This document shows, in pieces, positions 12,746-26,456 of a stretch of DNA of 64,000 nt. A program made the position numbers and the translations under genes. The number at the start of each line of letters is the position of its first letter. Position 1 is the first letter of the stretch. Source of the DNA: Eledone cirrhosa (taxonomy: Eukaryota); contig OZ024743.1 in the NCBI GenBank assembly GCA_964016885.1, positions 323,888,001 to 323,952,000 of the forward strand. Reading direction: 5' to 3'. The notes under the pieces were generated by a model. It saw nothing but the letters and a program-made list of their open reading frames with translations. It was not told the origin of the DNA and did not search any database.

Positions 12746-15619
12746 TATATATGATAGGACTGGGTTCCTATCATTAAAACACAAAAGAACCCTCATAGCT
12801 AAACCTACACAGATGTCAGCTATAAATTTCATTTTTCAATTTCATTTCTGTCGAATTCATTAACCTGGGTTTAAATTCAAAATAAAAGAAAACAACTAAA
12901 ATTTATTTTGAAAAATAGTTTTAACATCAAGTTTCTCAATATCTTTGCTATTTATTCTGCTTCAGTGCAACATCTGCTCATTTGCATTTCCTGTACCATT
13001 TTGTGCAGCTTCTAGCATTTTTAGAAGCTACACCAGTGGTGCACATATCCTCAGCCAAACTGATGATCTCTCCCAACAAACTCACATTTATAACATAGAA
13101 AAAAGACACAGATTCACAAAGATTAACTTTTCTCTTTAGGGCTAAAATATTTTAACCCCAAACAGATGCTACCCCTTTTTAATAAAATACCAATCCTACT
13201 CAGTGTGCACAGCCAGTGTAAATCCCTCAAGACATCCTGTCTGACACTAACAATTCCACCAATTCACCACCCCTGGCATGTTATTTTATCAATCTCGTAA
13301 GGATGAAAGGCACAGTCAACCTCAGTGGGATTTGAACTCAGAGGACATAGATCCAGAATAAATACTGCAAGGCATTTTGTCCTACACTCAAATGACTCTT
13401 CAATTAACAAAATAGCAAAAAGACTGGTAATAAGAGCTTTAGAGAAATTTTCAGATCAATTCCTTGGAGCAATTAAAAAAAAATTGAGGTTGATATAAAT
13501 TTACAGGAAATACTAACAGGCTAATGTAGAAATATTGTTCTAAAACAAACTTTCAATAATAAATGTAAATCAAATTAAAAAACAATTTTAATTTTTAAAA
13601 AATTGAAATAAGGTTAACTTGCTTTCAAAACAACTCCGCAGTAAATGTTATAGTGTCATAAATTATCCAGCAGTGGCCAACTTGGGTGGTAGAATTATTC
13701 TGCCACTTGCTTTAATACCACTCTAAGTTCAAATCCCACTAAAGTCAAAATTATCTTTTACCCTTTCAGGGTCAATAAAATAAAATATCAGTCCAGGTTG
13801 AAATGGAAATGAAATTTATACTTCACACCAGTGCAGGTTTAGCTGGACTCCTACAATGTTGCATCTCATAACAGATCTCTCAGGCATTTTAATGATAAGG
13901 GCCCCAATCCTATCCTGTTGTTGTTACAGTTCACAACCCTGCAGGTTTAACTGGCCTCCTGCATTTCATGGGTGTTTTAGTAATAGAGGCACCAGTTTTA
14001 TCTTAAAAAGCAACATAGGAATCCAACCCACAACCTTATGGTTGTTTGTCCAGTGTCCTAACTACTAGGTTGATAAATTAATGGACTTGTTAGAGTGTCA
14101 AACAAAATGTCTTGTGGTACTAGTATGGAATTCTGAGTTAAAATACCACTAAAGCCGACTTGGATGGTAGACTTAATCTACCACCCAGTTTAACACCACC
14201 ACCTGACCCTTTGGAGGTAGACCTTATCACCCAGTTTAATATCCCCACCTGAGGCATTTTGGCCAGGTCTCTAGTTTAAGGATACCAGTCTTAAAAGCTC
14301 TAAAAAGGATCATGTGACATCATCATCATCATAACTATTGTTATGTCCATTTCTCCATGATGGCATAGATTAGATGAAACATATTTTAGGCATTTTTTCT
14401 TGAGTCAGATGACCTTCCCTCCCTTCCACCAGTCCTGAAAGACCTGAAAAAATAAAGGGTTATGGAGGCTACCCTATACATATATGTCGGAGGAGGCCAC
14501 CTCCAGCAATCTCTTTTAGATATCCAATTAACACAAAGGCAATATATTCTTGTTAACAAAAATATATTGCTTTTGTGTTTTAATTATCAAAATAATCAAG
14601 ACAAATATTTAACTACTGAAATTTGATATTATTTGTCAAGAAGACTTTAATAGAGGCAGTTTTAGGTAGGCTGCTGTTTCACCTTTTTACTACTAATCCA
14701 GCCAATAATGGCTTTGGTTCTAAGAAACAAAATCACCCATTTTAAAGGGCCCCACTTGAAATTAAAACCTTCAAACATAGTTTTATATAAGAATCATATA
14801 TTAAGTTACTATCTGAGCAAAGAAATAATTTCAGTAAATCCCTCAAAATTCTTCATTAATTAATTGAAATAGATTGTATTTCATTATAAATACAGTCACA
14901 AAGGCAATATAGTATGTTAAAAACTGTGCTTCCTCTTCATTGTTAAAGAATGGGTTTTGCACTGTATACTTGTTAACCTGTACTTAACAAAACAAATATT
15001 TATACATATGCAATTGAAGAGACCCCCATCACACACACACACACACACAGAAGACATATGAACTAATAGAGAAGCAAGCCAATACTTTGTGATAACCTTT
15101 GCTTCTTTTACAGTTCATCCAGCAAGCAATGGCATGTAAGCCCACATAACTTAGTAACTCTCATGTCAATCAGTGCCATATCACAGAGGAAAAAATGTCT
15201 AACATTCTCTTTAATAAAGCAAATTTGAACATCAGTTTTACAAAAATATCTACCATGTGTTTAAATGACAATCTAACTAATCTAGCTTTTAAAAATAGTG
15301 CTGAAAGCATCAGCTAGAGATAGTTGTAATAGCAACATATTCTAAATATATAATATATATAATATATATTCTAAATATGTACACTTTCATAGCTAACAAC
15401 CTCATAAACCTACAACATAGATACTACCCTTTCCTACTATCTCTGCAGGTTGTCTTATCTCCTAGACTAATCCCAACCCTTACCCTCACAGGGCTGCATT
15501 TTTCAGGATATTTTCTCACTTCATCAGAATTTCACCATTTCATTTCTAATGAAATACTCTGCATTTGAATGAATTAATGTAGAATATCTCTTGTAAATCA
15601 TAAACATTTTCATGCTTTA

Positions 15620-15795
15620 CAGTAGAGAGCTACAGCCCTTTACGTTCTGTGTTCAAATTCAGCTGAGGTTAACTTTGCCTTTCATTCTTATGCAGTCGAT
15701 AAAATAAAGTACCAGTAATGAACTAGTGTTGATTTAATCAACTTTCCCTTTCCCTTCAAATTACTAGCCTTGTGCCTAAAGTAAAAACAATTATA
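15620..15795 (+). mobile_element. SINE family 1 copy (5'-truncated)
   Basis: GTTCAAAT...CTTTGCCTTTCAT...GTCGATAAAATAAAGTACCAG...tail. Confidence 0.75.
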
Positions 15796-17986
15796 TAATG
15801 TAAAATAAAATACTTATATAAACAATGTGTTTGACAAGAACTATGTTGTATAGCAATGGTGTACAAACCTATATCATTACAGAACTCTTATACAATTTTT
15901 TAAATCACAGAACCGAGACCTACATTTTACATTGTATGTGGTTGGCATTAGGAGGGGCATCCAACCATAGAAACCATGCCAAATATGAGGAAGATGAGGT
16001 TGCTCTGACAAGTCTGGTCTCAAACTATGATAACACAACAAGCCCATGCCGGCATGGAAAGCAGACATAGAAATGATAACGATGGTGATTAAATGAAACA
16101 AATTCTTTTTTAGGAGAACTTATATAAAAAAAATAAACAACAAAAACACTGTATTTTCTGGTATAGAAGACAGTTTTCCTCCCCAAATAAGCCTGGTAAA
16201 TTTACTCTGTATCTTATGTGGCTGAAGTTAGGTGTAAGTTTTGTTTTGATGTTAATTATGGCATCTCCACAATTTAGCAACTCAAAATGGGGATGTGTCT
16301 ATGATGTAGGAGCATCTTTGATGTTAGGAAATGGTGGTGTGTCCAAGATATTGGAGCATATTCGATACCAGAAAATAGTGGTGCACCAACAACATTGGAA
16401 TATCTTCAATGCCAGGAAACAATAGTTAAATTCTATTAGAAAACACCGTATCTCAAGGAACACTGAAACACTGCACTAGAAAAAGCAGAATTAAGAACTT
16501 TTTCTCAATGGATATACACTGAGGTTACATGAACGAAGCATTTAACCCCTCTAATACCAAACTGCCTGAAACTACAATACAAAGCTGCTTATATTAAAGT
16601 GTTTAATTTATCTAAAACCCTTCTATCATAATTTTATGTAAGAGCTTTTGCAATATTATGCTTCAAAAACAAAAATAATAATGAGAAAGTTATATTACTA
16701 AGTACCTCCAAATTATTGATTATTTTCAAAACAATTTGAAAATCAAAGGCAGCATCTTTCATTAAAAATATGGTAATGAAAGGGTTAATTAGCCTTTCTC
16801 TCTCTCTCTCTCTGTCATGTATATATGTATTTCTTCTGTATATTACAATAGATTCCAGCCTTAGGGTCATATAAACACAAAGGGTCCATTAAAATATTTT
16901 GGGGGTCATTGAAAAAAAGGAGTTCTTACAGGATTTGTTAGTTTGATTTTGCCAGGGCATTCTAAAGTTTATGAAATGGTATAGAAAAAAAGTGTATATA
17001 TATTATTTCTATTATAAAGATTAAGGGTTTTTTTTTATCAGTCTCTCCATAATATATATGAGGTTCCTGTTGTCAAATATCAAGTTTAAGGGTTCTTTTT
17101 GGTGTTCATATCAAAAAATATCAAGCCTAACCCTTTTCCTATCTCACTGCTTTAAACTCCTTATGGTTCTACAATACAAAACTGTTTTGAAATATTCATA
17201 TTTATCTACAAATCTGCTACCATAATTTCATGTAAGAAGAACCTTTAAGTTATACTCTAAAGACCAGATAAATAAAGAGAAAGTTGGCTATATTAGTAAA
17301 TCACTTAAAGGTGCTTAGTTATTTTCAAAATTAATTGAAAATCATAGGTAGATGCCTTTCATTGATAATCTAGTAATGAGAGGTCCCCATGACCCTCTCA
17401 GGAATATGTGGGAGACGAAGAAGAGTTAGGGGTTCTTTATAAGTTTCTCCATAACATTAGTGAAAAAAGATTAGAGACCATTGATGTGTGTGTGTATGTG
17501 TGTGTGTTTCTAACTATTTGATTGTTATCTCAAATATGTACTTGATATTCTCAGGGATATATTGTCACATGTCTGTCATATTCTGTGAATGAAAGAGGCT
17601 TTATTTTCACTTTAAAAGAGAGGAGAGAGAGCCAGCCATTAATGATGTCTCTAAACACTATTTTTTCCTCTTCTCTTTTCACACATACAGACACACACAC
17701 AAGGAAGGACACATGGTGTTCATTATTAACAGCATCACCACCACTTCCACAATCCTGGCACTGCCACAACCTACTACTGCTACCAGCACCACCACCACTA
17801 CTACTACTACTCCCACTCCCACCATGACCACTACTATTCCCACCACCACCATCACTTCTAGTCTGGACATTGAATTCCTATTGGGCAGTGACTTCCGGTG
17901 ACAAGTTCAATATTTGACCCATTATCATAAATAAATAAAAACACAAAGTGATGAAAAAAACTAGAAGACAGGAAGAGGTTTGCTTT

Positions 17987-18480
17987 AGTGGTGGTGGTGG
18001 GGAGATTGTGTGGTGGTGGTGGGGAGATTGTGTGGTGGTGGTGGTGGTGGGGAGATTGTGTGGTGGTGGTAGTGGTGGGATTGTGTGGTAGTAGTGGTGG
18101 TGAGGGAGATGGTATGGTAGTATTGGTGGTGGGGAGATTGTGTGGAAAGTAGTGCTGGTGGTGGGGGAGAAAGTATGGTTGTAGTGGTGGTGGGGGAGAT
18201 TGTATGGTAGTAGTGGTAGTAGTGGTGGAGAGATTGTATGGTAGTAGTGGTGGTGGTAGTGGTGTAGATATTGTGTAGTAGTGGGGAAATTGTGTGTGGT
18301 GGTAGTGGTGGTGGGAGGTGGTGGCAATGATGATGATGGGGTGAATGAGAAGGGGGGAGGGGTGATTGTGGCAATGACGGTGGCAGCAGTGGTGGTGGCG
18401 GTGATGGCGATGGGGTGAATGAGATGGAGGTGGTGGCAGTGATGGTGATGGGATGAAAGTGATAGGGGGAAGGGGGGCAA
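17987..18480. repeat. G-rich degenerate (TGG)n / GGGGAGATTGTGTGG repeat
   Basis: Directly visible. Confidence 0.9.
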
Positions 18481-18684
18481 TAACGAATAATTGAATGTTT
18501 TTTTTTTCCCTTCCTTTGGCGGTTCTTATAAATTTCACGTCCAATGGGAAATTAATTGAACGACTCTGGCTATAGTAACTATAGCTACTGTCTGTCTGTC
18601 TGTCTGGCTAAGATACAATATTTAGTTTGTGTGAGGTATAAGAGAGATATAGATAGAAGTAAGATTCTTTCCAGCTGAGACAAT

Positions 18685-21235
18685 AATAATGATAATGGCT
18701 TCTGATTTAGGCATATGACCAGTAATTATGCAGAGGGAAGGGAGTCGATTAAATTAACCTCAGTACGCGATTGCTACTTTATTTATCGACCCCAGAAGGT
18801 TGAAAGGCAAAGTTGACCTCGACGAATACGACGTAAAAAACCGGAAGAACTCTTACAAACCAGTTTGTCTGACGCCTTTACAATTCTGTCAATCCACCAC
18901 CAGCTGTGATAAAAACAACAATAATAATAATTGTTTCTACTTTTGGCACAAGGCCAGCAATTACCCAGTGTATTACTGGTACTTTATTTTATCGACCCCG
19001 TAAGGATGAAAGGCAAAGTCAACCTCGACGGGATTTGAATAATAATTGTTTCTACTTTTGGCACAAGGCCAGCAATTATCCAGTGTATTACTGGTACTTT
19101 ATTTTATCGACCCCGTAAGGATGAAAGGCAAAGTTAACCTCGGCGGGATTTGAACTCAGAATGGCAAGGGCCGTAACTCTATACGTCAAAGCATGGCGTC
19201 CGACCCTCTACCGATACTGCCAATCCACATAATAATAATGATGGTTTCTGATTTAGGCACAAGACCAACAATTTGGGGTGATAGGAAAGTCGATTAAATC
19301 GACCCCAGTGCGGGACTGATACTTTATTTTATCGATGGTAACCTCGTGTCGCGTCCTCGTCAGCAGGGTTCTTCAAAACATAATAGAACCCTCTATGTTC
19401 AGAGAACGTGAGGCCGTCTGTGACTTAGCCCAGTAGACGTCCCTCCTCCTTCTCCCCCTGTTGACATCAAGTCCCCCCCAAAGCACTTGGGATGCCATCC
19501 AGTGCAGCCTAGCCTCAGACAGGCTCACGCGCCAGCTCGACCAGCACCGCCTTGCCTGTTTTTGTGTGGCCTCCAAACCCCACAGTGGTGCCTGGCTCCA
19601 TGCCCTGCCCTCCTCCACTGGCACGCAGCTAGACAACCATAGCCTGCGCATCGGCGTTTCCTTGAGGCTCGGCCTCCGGATCTGCGAGCCACACCAATGT
19701 CGTTGCGGATCCACCGTGGACTCTTTCGGCCTCTACCAGCTTTCCTGTCGCCACAGTGCCGGCCGCCTTCCACGCTATGCTGCCCTCAACGAGGTCATAA
19801 AGCATGGCTTGGACGCTGCAGGCTTCCCTTCCCAGCTTGAGCCGGTGGGGCTGGACCGATGGGACGGCAAAAGGTCAGACGGCATGACCATCTTCCCGTT
19901 CCGCGGTGGCAAATCCCTCGTCTGGGATGTCACTTGCATCGACACTTTCTGCAGCCGCAACCTGGTGCTGTCTGCAACTAACCCAGGTTCTGCTGCACGT
20001 CGAGCTGAGGAGGCCAAACTCCTCAAATACACGTCGCTCTCTGACAGGTTTGTGGTTGTACCCCTGGCAGTGGAGACTTCTGGTGTCCTCGGCCCTAGGG
20101 CTACTCACCACCATAGCCGCTGAGCTGGCCAGCCGCAGGTGTGAGCCCCTAGAGTTGGAGTGGCTTTTCCAACGCGTCTCCCTTTCCGTCCTCCGGGGAA
20201 ACGCCTTCTCCATCCTGTCCGCCGGGGCTGTGTGTGTGGGTGGGGGGGACATCACGTATCATTCCATATTTAAGTATGGTCAATGAAGAATATTGGTTTG
20301 AGAAGTGTAAATTAAGATTTGGAAATTCGGAATCGTGACACGTTGCTTGTTGTACAGCCACGTTCCTAAAACTTCCTACTAAAATAGTTTTTTTTAAATT
20401 ATTACCCCCCCCCCCCCACGCACATACGTATTTTATTGACCCCCGTAAGGATGAAAGGCAAAGCTAACCTCAGCGAGATTTATAATATTAATAATTGTTT
20501 CTACTTTTGGCACAAGGCCAGCAATTACCCAGTGCATTACTGGTGCTTTGTTTTATCGACCCTGTAAGAATGAAAGGCAAAGTTTTCTACTATGGTTACA
20601 AAGTCACTAATTTTGGGGGAGGGGAAACTCGATTAAATCGACCTCAGTGCATTACTGGTACATTATTTTATCGATCCCTTAAGGATGAAAGTCAAAGCTA
20701 ACCTCGGCGAGATTTAATAATAATAGTAATGATTTCTGATTTAGGCAAAAGGCCAACAATTTTGGGGGAAGGTAAAGTCTATTAAATCGATCTTAGTGAA
20801 TTACTGGTACTCTATATTTTCGACCCCATAAGGATGAAAGGCAAAGATAACCTCGGTGAGATTTATAATAATTGTTTCTATTTTAGGCACAAGGCCAGCA
20901 ATTACTGGTACTTTATTTTATCGACCCCGTAAGGATGAAAGGCAAAGTTAACCTCGGCCGGATTTGAACTCAGATCGTAAAGGGACGTAACTATGCTGGA
21001 AAGCATGGCGTCCGACTCTCTACCAATACTGCCAATTCACAATAATTGTTTCTACTTTCGGCACAAGGCCATCAATTACCCAGTGCATTACTGGTACTTT
21101 ATTTTATCGACCCCGTAAGGATGAAAGGCAAAGTCAACCTCGGCGGGATTTGAACTCAGATCGTAAAGGGACGTAACTATGCTGGAAAGCATGGCGTCCG
21201 ACCCTCTACCAATACTGCCAATTCACAATAATGAT
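18685..21235 (-). mobile_element. Head-to-tail cluster of about 10 SINE family 1 copies and fragments, interrupted by a CRE fragment
   Basis: Repeated AATAATTGTTTCTACTTTTGGCACAAGGCCAGCAATT...GATGAAAGGCAAAG..AACCTCGGCGGGATTTGAACTC. Confidence 0.9.
19336..20250 (+). pseudogene. CRE-clade non-LTR retrotransposon C-terminus (Zn knuckle + restriction-like endonuclease), degraded
   Basis: HSGAWL..LRLGL..CRCG..LSC..KRSDG..LVWDVT..EEAKLLKY..PLAVETSG, then a frameshift to WLFQRVSLSVLRGNA; in-frame TAG at 19434. Confidence 0.8.
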
Positions 21236-21449
21236 TTCTTTATTTCTTTACTAATAGCAACAAGTTCTCTGGAAGTCGTAGAGTGACGTTCCTCAAACTT
21301 TAGCAATTGCAGCAGTAAAAACAAAACAAAACAAAAAAATCCTTCTAAGAAATAAAACTGAAATTAAAATGAATCCCACTAACTATAAGTTGTATAATTG
21401 GTGGGTGGTAGTGCTGCGGTTGGGAGCATATGTTTGTGTTTCTGAGAGA

Positions 21450-22010
21450 GGAGGAGAGAAAGAGTGTGAGTGAGTGTGTGTGTGAGTGAGTGTGTGTGTG
21501 AGTGTGAGTGAGTGTGTGTGTGAGAGTGTGAGTGAGTGTGTGTGTGAGAGTGTGAGTGTGAGTGTGTCTGTGAGTGTGTCAGTGTGTGAGAGTGTCAGTG
21601 TGTGAGAGTGTCAGTGTGTGAGTGTGAGAGTGTGAGTGTGTGAGTGGTGTAAGTGGAGTGGTGTGTGGTGAGTGGTGTGTGGTGAGTGGTGAGTGTGTGA
21701 GTGTGTGAGTGGTGTGTGGTGAGTGTGTGGGTGGTGTGTGGTGAGTGGTGTGTGGTGAGTGTAAGTGTGTGAGTGGTGTGTGTGAGTGTGAGTGGTGTGT
21801 GGTGAGTGTGTGAGTGATGAGTGTGTGAGTGGTGTGTAGTGTGTGTGTGTGTGAATGGTGTGTGGTGTGTGTGAATGGTGTGTAGTGTGTGTGAATGGTG
21901 TGTAGTGTGTGAGAGTGGTGTGTGTGTGAGAGTGTGAGTGGTGTGAGAGTATGAGTGGTGTGTAGTGTGCGTGTGTGAATGGTGTGTAGTGTGTGTGTGA
22001 ATGGTGTGTT
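21450..22010. repeat. (TG)/(GAGT)/(GTG) compound microsatellite
   Basis: Directly visible. Confidence 0.95.
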
Positions 22011-22299
22011 TCCATTTGCTACTAAGAATGAATGTGTTGATTACTATTACGAGTTTTTCATAACAAAAATGTTATTTACACAGAAGGACTTGTCAAAGGA
22101 TTATTTCTTTCTGTCTCTTTTCTATAATCACAAGATCCTTCACTTTCTCCGGTGGCAACCCGGTGAGCTCGGCGTGAAACCCATGGCTCCGTCGCCCGAC
22201 TGAAGATTGCAAGTTGGTAAAGTATCGTCTACTCTCAAATACCACAGCAGTGTAAACAACCGGTGCATTCGGCCCCTGAACTACCTATACACACACTTT

Positions 22300-22530
22300 G
22301 ATCAAGGTGGGGGTGGCCACCCCCAAGAACTAGCCTCTCCAATTGGACTGTCTTCTTGTCAAACCCATAGCTACGGTAATATTTGATGTCATGAATCCCC
22401 GAGCCTACTGCCTCATTTCGATCAAGATGGTCATCCGTAAGAATGGCCCCTGTCAGTTGAACTGGCTCTTTCAACACATCTCCTCCGTCATTCTCCGCAG
22501 TAACACATTTACCATTTTGTCCACCGGAAT
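22300..22530 (+). pseudogene. Second, more decayed CRE-type C-terminal fragment
   Basis: NWLFQHISSVILRSNTFTILSTG aligns to EWLFQRVSLSVLRGNAFSILSAG of the 19-20 kb copy. Confidence 0.6.
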
Positions 22531-23898
22531 GGCAATTTCAGATTACTCCCATCTCACCCAACTTCCCGCTAACTTGACATCGCCTTCTCAGTTCAAATCT
22601 CACCGAAGTCAACTGTGCCTTTCATCCTTTTAGGGTCAATAAAATTAAGTACCAGTTAAGTACTGGGACCGAAATAATCGACTTTTTCTTTCTCCGAAAT
22701 TACTTGCCTTGTGCCAATATTAAAGTGTGGGGTTAATTTAAAATTAAGTTCAAACTACGCCCAGTGGTAATATGGAAGTTATTTCAGGTTAGGGGGACGG
22801 GTAATTTGAAGTCTTTATTCCGGGACTAAAAAGAGACAACAATAAAATTGTCGAAATGAGGATGAATATAAGATTTTCAAGCTTTAGTTAAAAAAATATA
22901 AACATGCCTATTTATTTATATTCACCCCTCATTTACAAGCAATGAACGAAGTGAAATATATATGAAATATATTTAGAGATATTTATCGGACAGTGGGGAG
23001 TGTTGTCTTTTTCAGCACGACACGTTATTTCACGTTGCAGTAGCTTAGTTAACCCTACGATGGACTGATATCCCGTCTAAGGAGGTAGGTTAGTCTTGTA
23101 CTCTCAGTTACTTAACGTCAACGACACCGGAATGTGCCTCCACGCTCGGGACATCTTTAACTGCAACCTTAACTAATACAAACATATCTAACCCAGGGAG
23201 CAGTCAAAGGCCGTGTCATAAACCCTACTTTACCAAGAAGCACACACTTGAGTGTCAGCATTATGAGCGAAAAACAAAATTATTTGTAAAAATGTCACAC
23301 AAATACAAAAGATTTCATTATAGATCTGAGGACCAGTAAACAACGTGTTTTAAAAATACAGTGAAACCTTTGTGTGTTTATTTCCTATGAAACCAGGTGT
23401 TTTTTTTTTTAGACAATGGACAAATGATTAAGTTTCTACGACCTCTGAGGGAGTTTTCATATAAAAGTTATTTGTCTATAAAGACAGTCAGATTATTTAT
23501 GTAGAGCAAATGTTATGGATTGACGGCGGAAATAAGATAGTTATCTGAGCAGAGAATAACATTCGTATGAAATTTAGTAACAGTATTTTTATTTCTAGAT
23601 AACATCCTGTGTAGATAGCCAGCAGTGATAGGAAGAAAGTGTTTCCTTGATTAAATTATCAAATTTAAATGATGGAGAATGAAGGCGCGTGGCTTGGTGG
23701 TTGGGATGGTCGCTCACAATAGTAGTAAGGTCGTGAGTTCGATTTCCGTTGTGTCCTTCAGCAAGAGACTATTTCCCGTTACTCCAGTCAATTCAGCGAG
23801 AGAGAAATGAGTTGCGACAACACTGGTGTCAAACTGAATCGGCTTTTGTCTTTCGCCTGGACAACATCACAACATATAATATACGTGTGAGTGTGTCT

Positions 23899-23950
23899 CT
23901 TGTTCGATGATCTTGTGAGTGCGCAGGTGAAACTCCAGGGTAAACAAGAT
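23899..23950 (+). ncRNA. Degenerate family H hammerhead motif
   Basis: TCTTGTT CGATGA TCTTGTG AGTG CGCAGGT GAAAC TCCAGG GTA AACAAGA; stem I perfect, core lacks U4. Confidence 0.5.
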
Positions 23951-24121
23951 TCACCACATAGCCACGATAAAGAAGAATATATATATATATAGGGAGCGTA
24001 CAGGACAAAGACCATGGGGAAAAAAACAATGGAAAGACGGACAATCTCATTTCCTCGGTCAACCTCTGAAGATCACTACGGTCGATATCATTCATTCCAG
24101 TGCACATTGGGACACAGCAAA

Positions 24122-24183
<62 letters not shown>

Positions 24184-24299
24184 ATCTAAGCTCAAATCAG
24201 AGTTATATATATATAGCAGTAAACTATGGTACAGGCCTGAATGGGTCATTGTTTGGCTGAGAGGGGGAACTGACTAAGCGAATTTCATTGCGGTAGCTA

Positions 24300-24410
24300 A
24301 TGGTCATCTTCCTTCGGACATGCGCCTGCGCAGACCGGTGGGGGCGGGGTGAATTGGTACTCACAGGGGAACGGATGAAGAACCCAAAAGCACACACTTC
24401 GTCCGTTTGG
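24300..24410. promoter_or_regulatory. Candidate core promoter: NRF1-like TGCGCCTGCGCA (24321-24332), GC box GGGGCGGGG (24341-24349), CCAAT on minus (24353-24357)
   Basis: Three classical promoter motifs within 40 bp in a locally GC/CpG-rich patch. Confidence 0.45.
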
Positions 24411-26131
24411 TCAATTTAGTTCTAGTTTAGCTGTTAATATCAAATATCAACCAAGATATAAAAAGAAAATTCGATATGCAATAAACATAACATGTACATA
24501 AATTGTAGCGCATATATAAGTAGATGTGTTTTGGAAGTTTGGGGAGAAAAATACAATTATTGGCGGACCATGTCCAGTTCCACCGCCTCTGCGTACTGAG
24601 TCGCAAATCTTTACGCTTTGAGTTCAAATCCAACGATCAACTTCACCTTTCATCCTTCTGGGATCGATAAAATAAAGTGTCAGCCAATTACTAGAGATCG
24701 GTTTAATCAAATTTCCCTTGCCCCCACATTGCTAGCCTTGTTCCTAAATTAAAAATGAAATAACAAACAGTAAACATTACTTCAGAGACAAGTTAAAGCC
24801 TACATACAGTAGTGTGTCTACCACATTGGTTGATAAATGAAGTTTTTGATGTCAATTTTATTTCTACTTTCATGTCAATCAATAGCTGTCGTCACACATC
24901 CTACCCGCTACAGTATTGTGGCTATGTGTGATATATATGTATATATGTGTGTGTGTGTGGTATATATATATATGTATGTATGCGTGTGTGTGGTATATAT
25001 ATATGTATGTATGTCTGTCTGTATGTGTGTGTGGTACATATATATGTATGTCTGTATGTGTGAACGTGTTTGTATGTATATATATATATATGGGGGGGGG
25101 GGGGCGTATACATACATATATATATATACACACACACACATACCTACACACACACAGTTTCAATCTTTTGAAGTTTGTATAATCAAGTATGTTGCAAGTA
25201 CTTAATTAACCTTGAATAGTTTCTAGAAACGAACAACCAATCTCTCATAAATCTCTCTTATTACCCAAGCTACTTACACAGAGAAGCGCTGTGTGTATGT
25301 GGTAGAGTTTATAAAACAAAGCTATATCGATAGAGATCAAACAGTGAATATCGGTAATAAATAGAGAGAAGATATTGAAATGTGAAATATTTAATTAGTA
25401 CTTTATTTTGGGTAAAATACATTTTAACGAAAACACACACACATACATGTACATACTGAGAGAGGGGGGAGAATGTGAGAGAAAGCGGCAGGGGGGAGGG
25501 GAAAGAGAGGGGTGGGGGGAAGGGTGGGGGATGGAGAGAGAGAATCAACTTCAAAAAAAGTAAAATTATTACATTTGCTTTTGAAGTATCTTTTTCTGTT
25601 TTATTTAATAAAATAAAATCACTTTTAATACTAAAATCTCTAGAATTCTGAAGAGCTGTCCTCTGTTTCTAGTGGTTCTTTCACAAGAAATTCCACCAAC
25701 GTTGAATTTTAAATCTTTGGACGTTATATCGATATATCTAAATCTTCGGAAGTTATAAAATATCGACACGACTGATAAAACGGAAGTTTTTAATCTTACT
25801 TTTCCAGTTTTAGTATTAGTTGTTATGACAGGATATAGAACAGCCTGGCTCTCATATCGATGAAAATACAGCGCAGATTATAGCAACGGATTAAGGATTT
25901 AGGGTTTGGGATTAAGGTTTAAAAATATGGTAATCCTTCGTTATTTGGTAAATCGAAAATTAAAGCTAATATTCCACAACTATGACGACTGACCACAAAT
26001 CCACAAAGTACGAGCTATACTCTCTAACCTTAACTTTAACGTACCTTAATTCTAATCAGCTCTAGCCCGGACGAATCCTAAACCTAATTACCAATAATAA
26101 TACGCCATGAGTCTCTCTCTCTCTCTCTCTC

Positions 26132-26425
26132 TATTTAAAACAGCACCTACGTACGTTTCGCTCGAAAAGGCTTCTCAAGGGCAGAGAAGCACTTTCGGGC
26201 GAAACGTACGTAGGTGCTGTTTTAAATAAACATGTTTTACCGGTTTGTTCTTCTTTATAAACTTCTCCACGTGGATCCGCTCTGCTTATTTTCTCGCCCA
26301 CTAGATATTAACACTTCTAATATTTAACACTGCAGGCACAAATATTGAGCACGTTTTGCATATGCTATTGGCAAATAACTACATGTATCGCCTATCTCTT
26401 CTTCTCTCACTCGATACTTAAATAT
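26132..26425 (+). mobile_element. Miniature fold-back PLE derivative, family D (~45-bp arms plus ~200-bp 3' tail)
   Basis: Inverted repeat 26132-26228; tail homologous to the reverse complement of 63171-63410; CT/TA microsatellite flanks. Confidence 0.75.

Positions 26426-26456
<31 letters not shown>

Noticed and set aside
17551-18544. Gly/Ser- or His/Thr/Pro-rich possible exon
   Set aside because: Trinucleotide low complexity, an in-frame stop, and no convincing splice sites or domain
24060-24095. CTGAAGA..GATATC hammerhead-like motif
   Set aside because: GAAA and stems are not supportable
25890-26090. Telomeric repeat-like TTAGGG/CCTAA patches
   Set aside because: Too short and degenerate to call interstitial telomere
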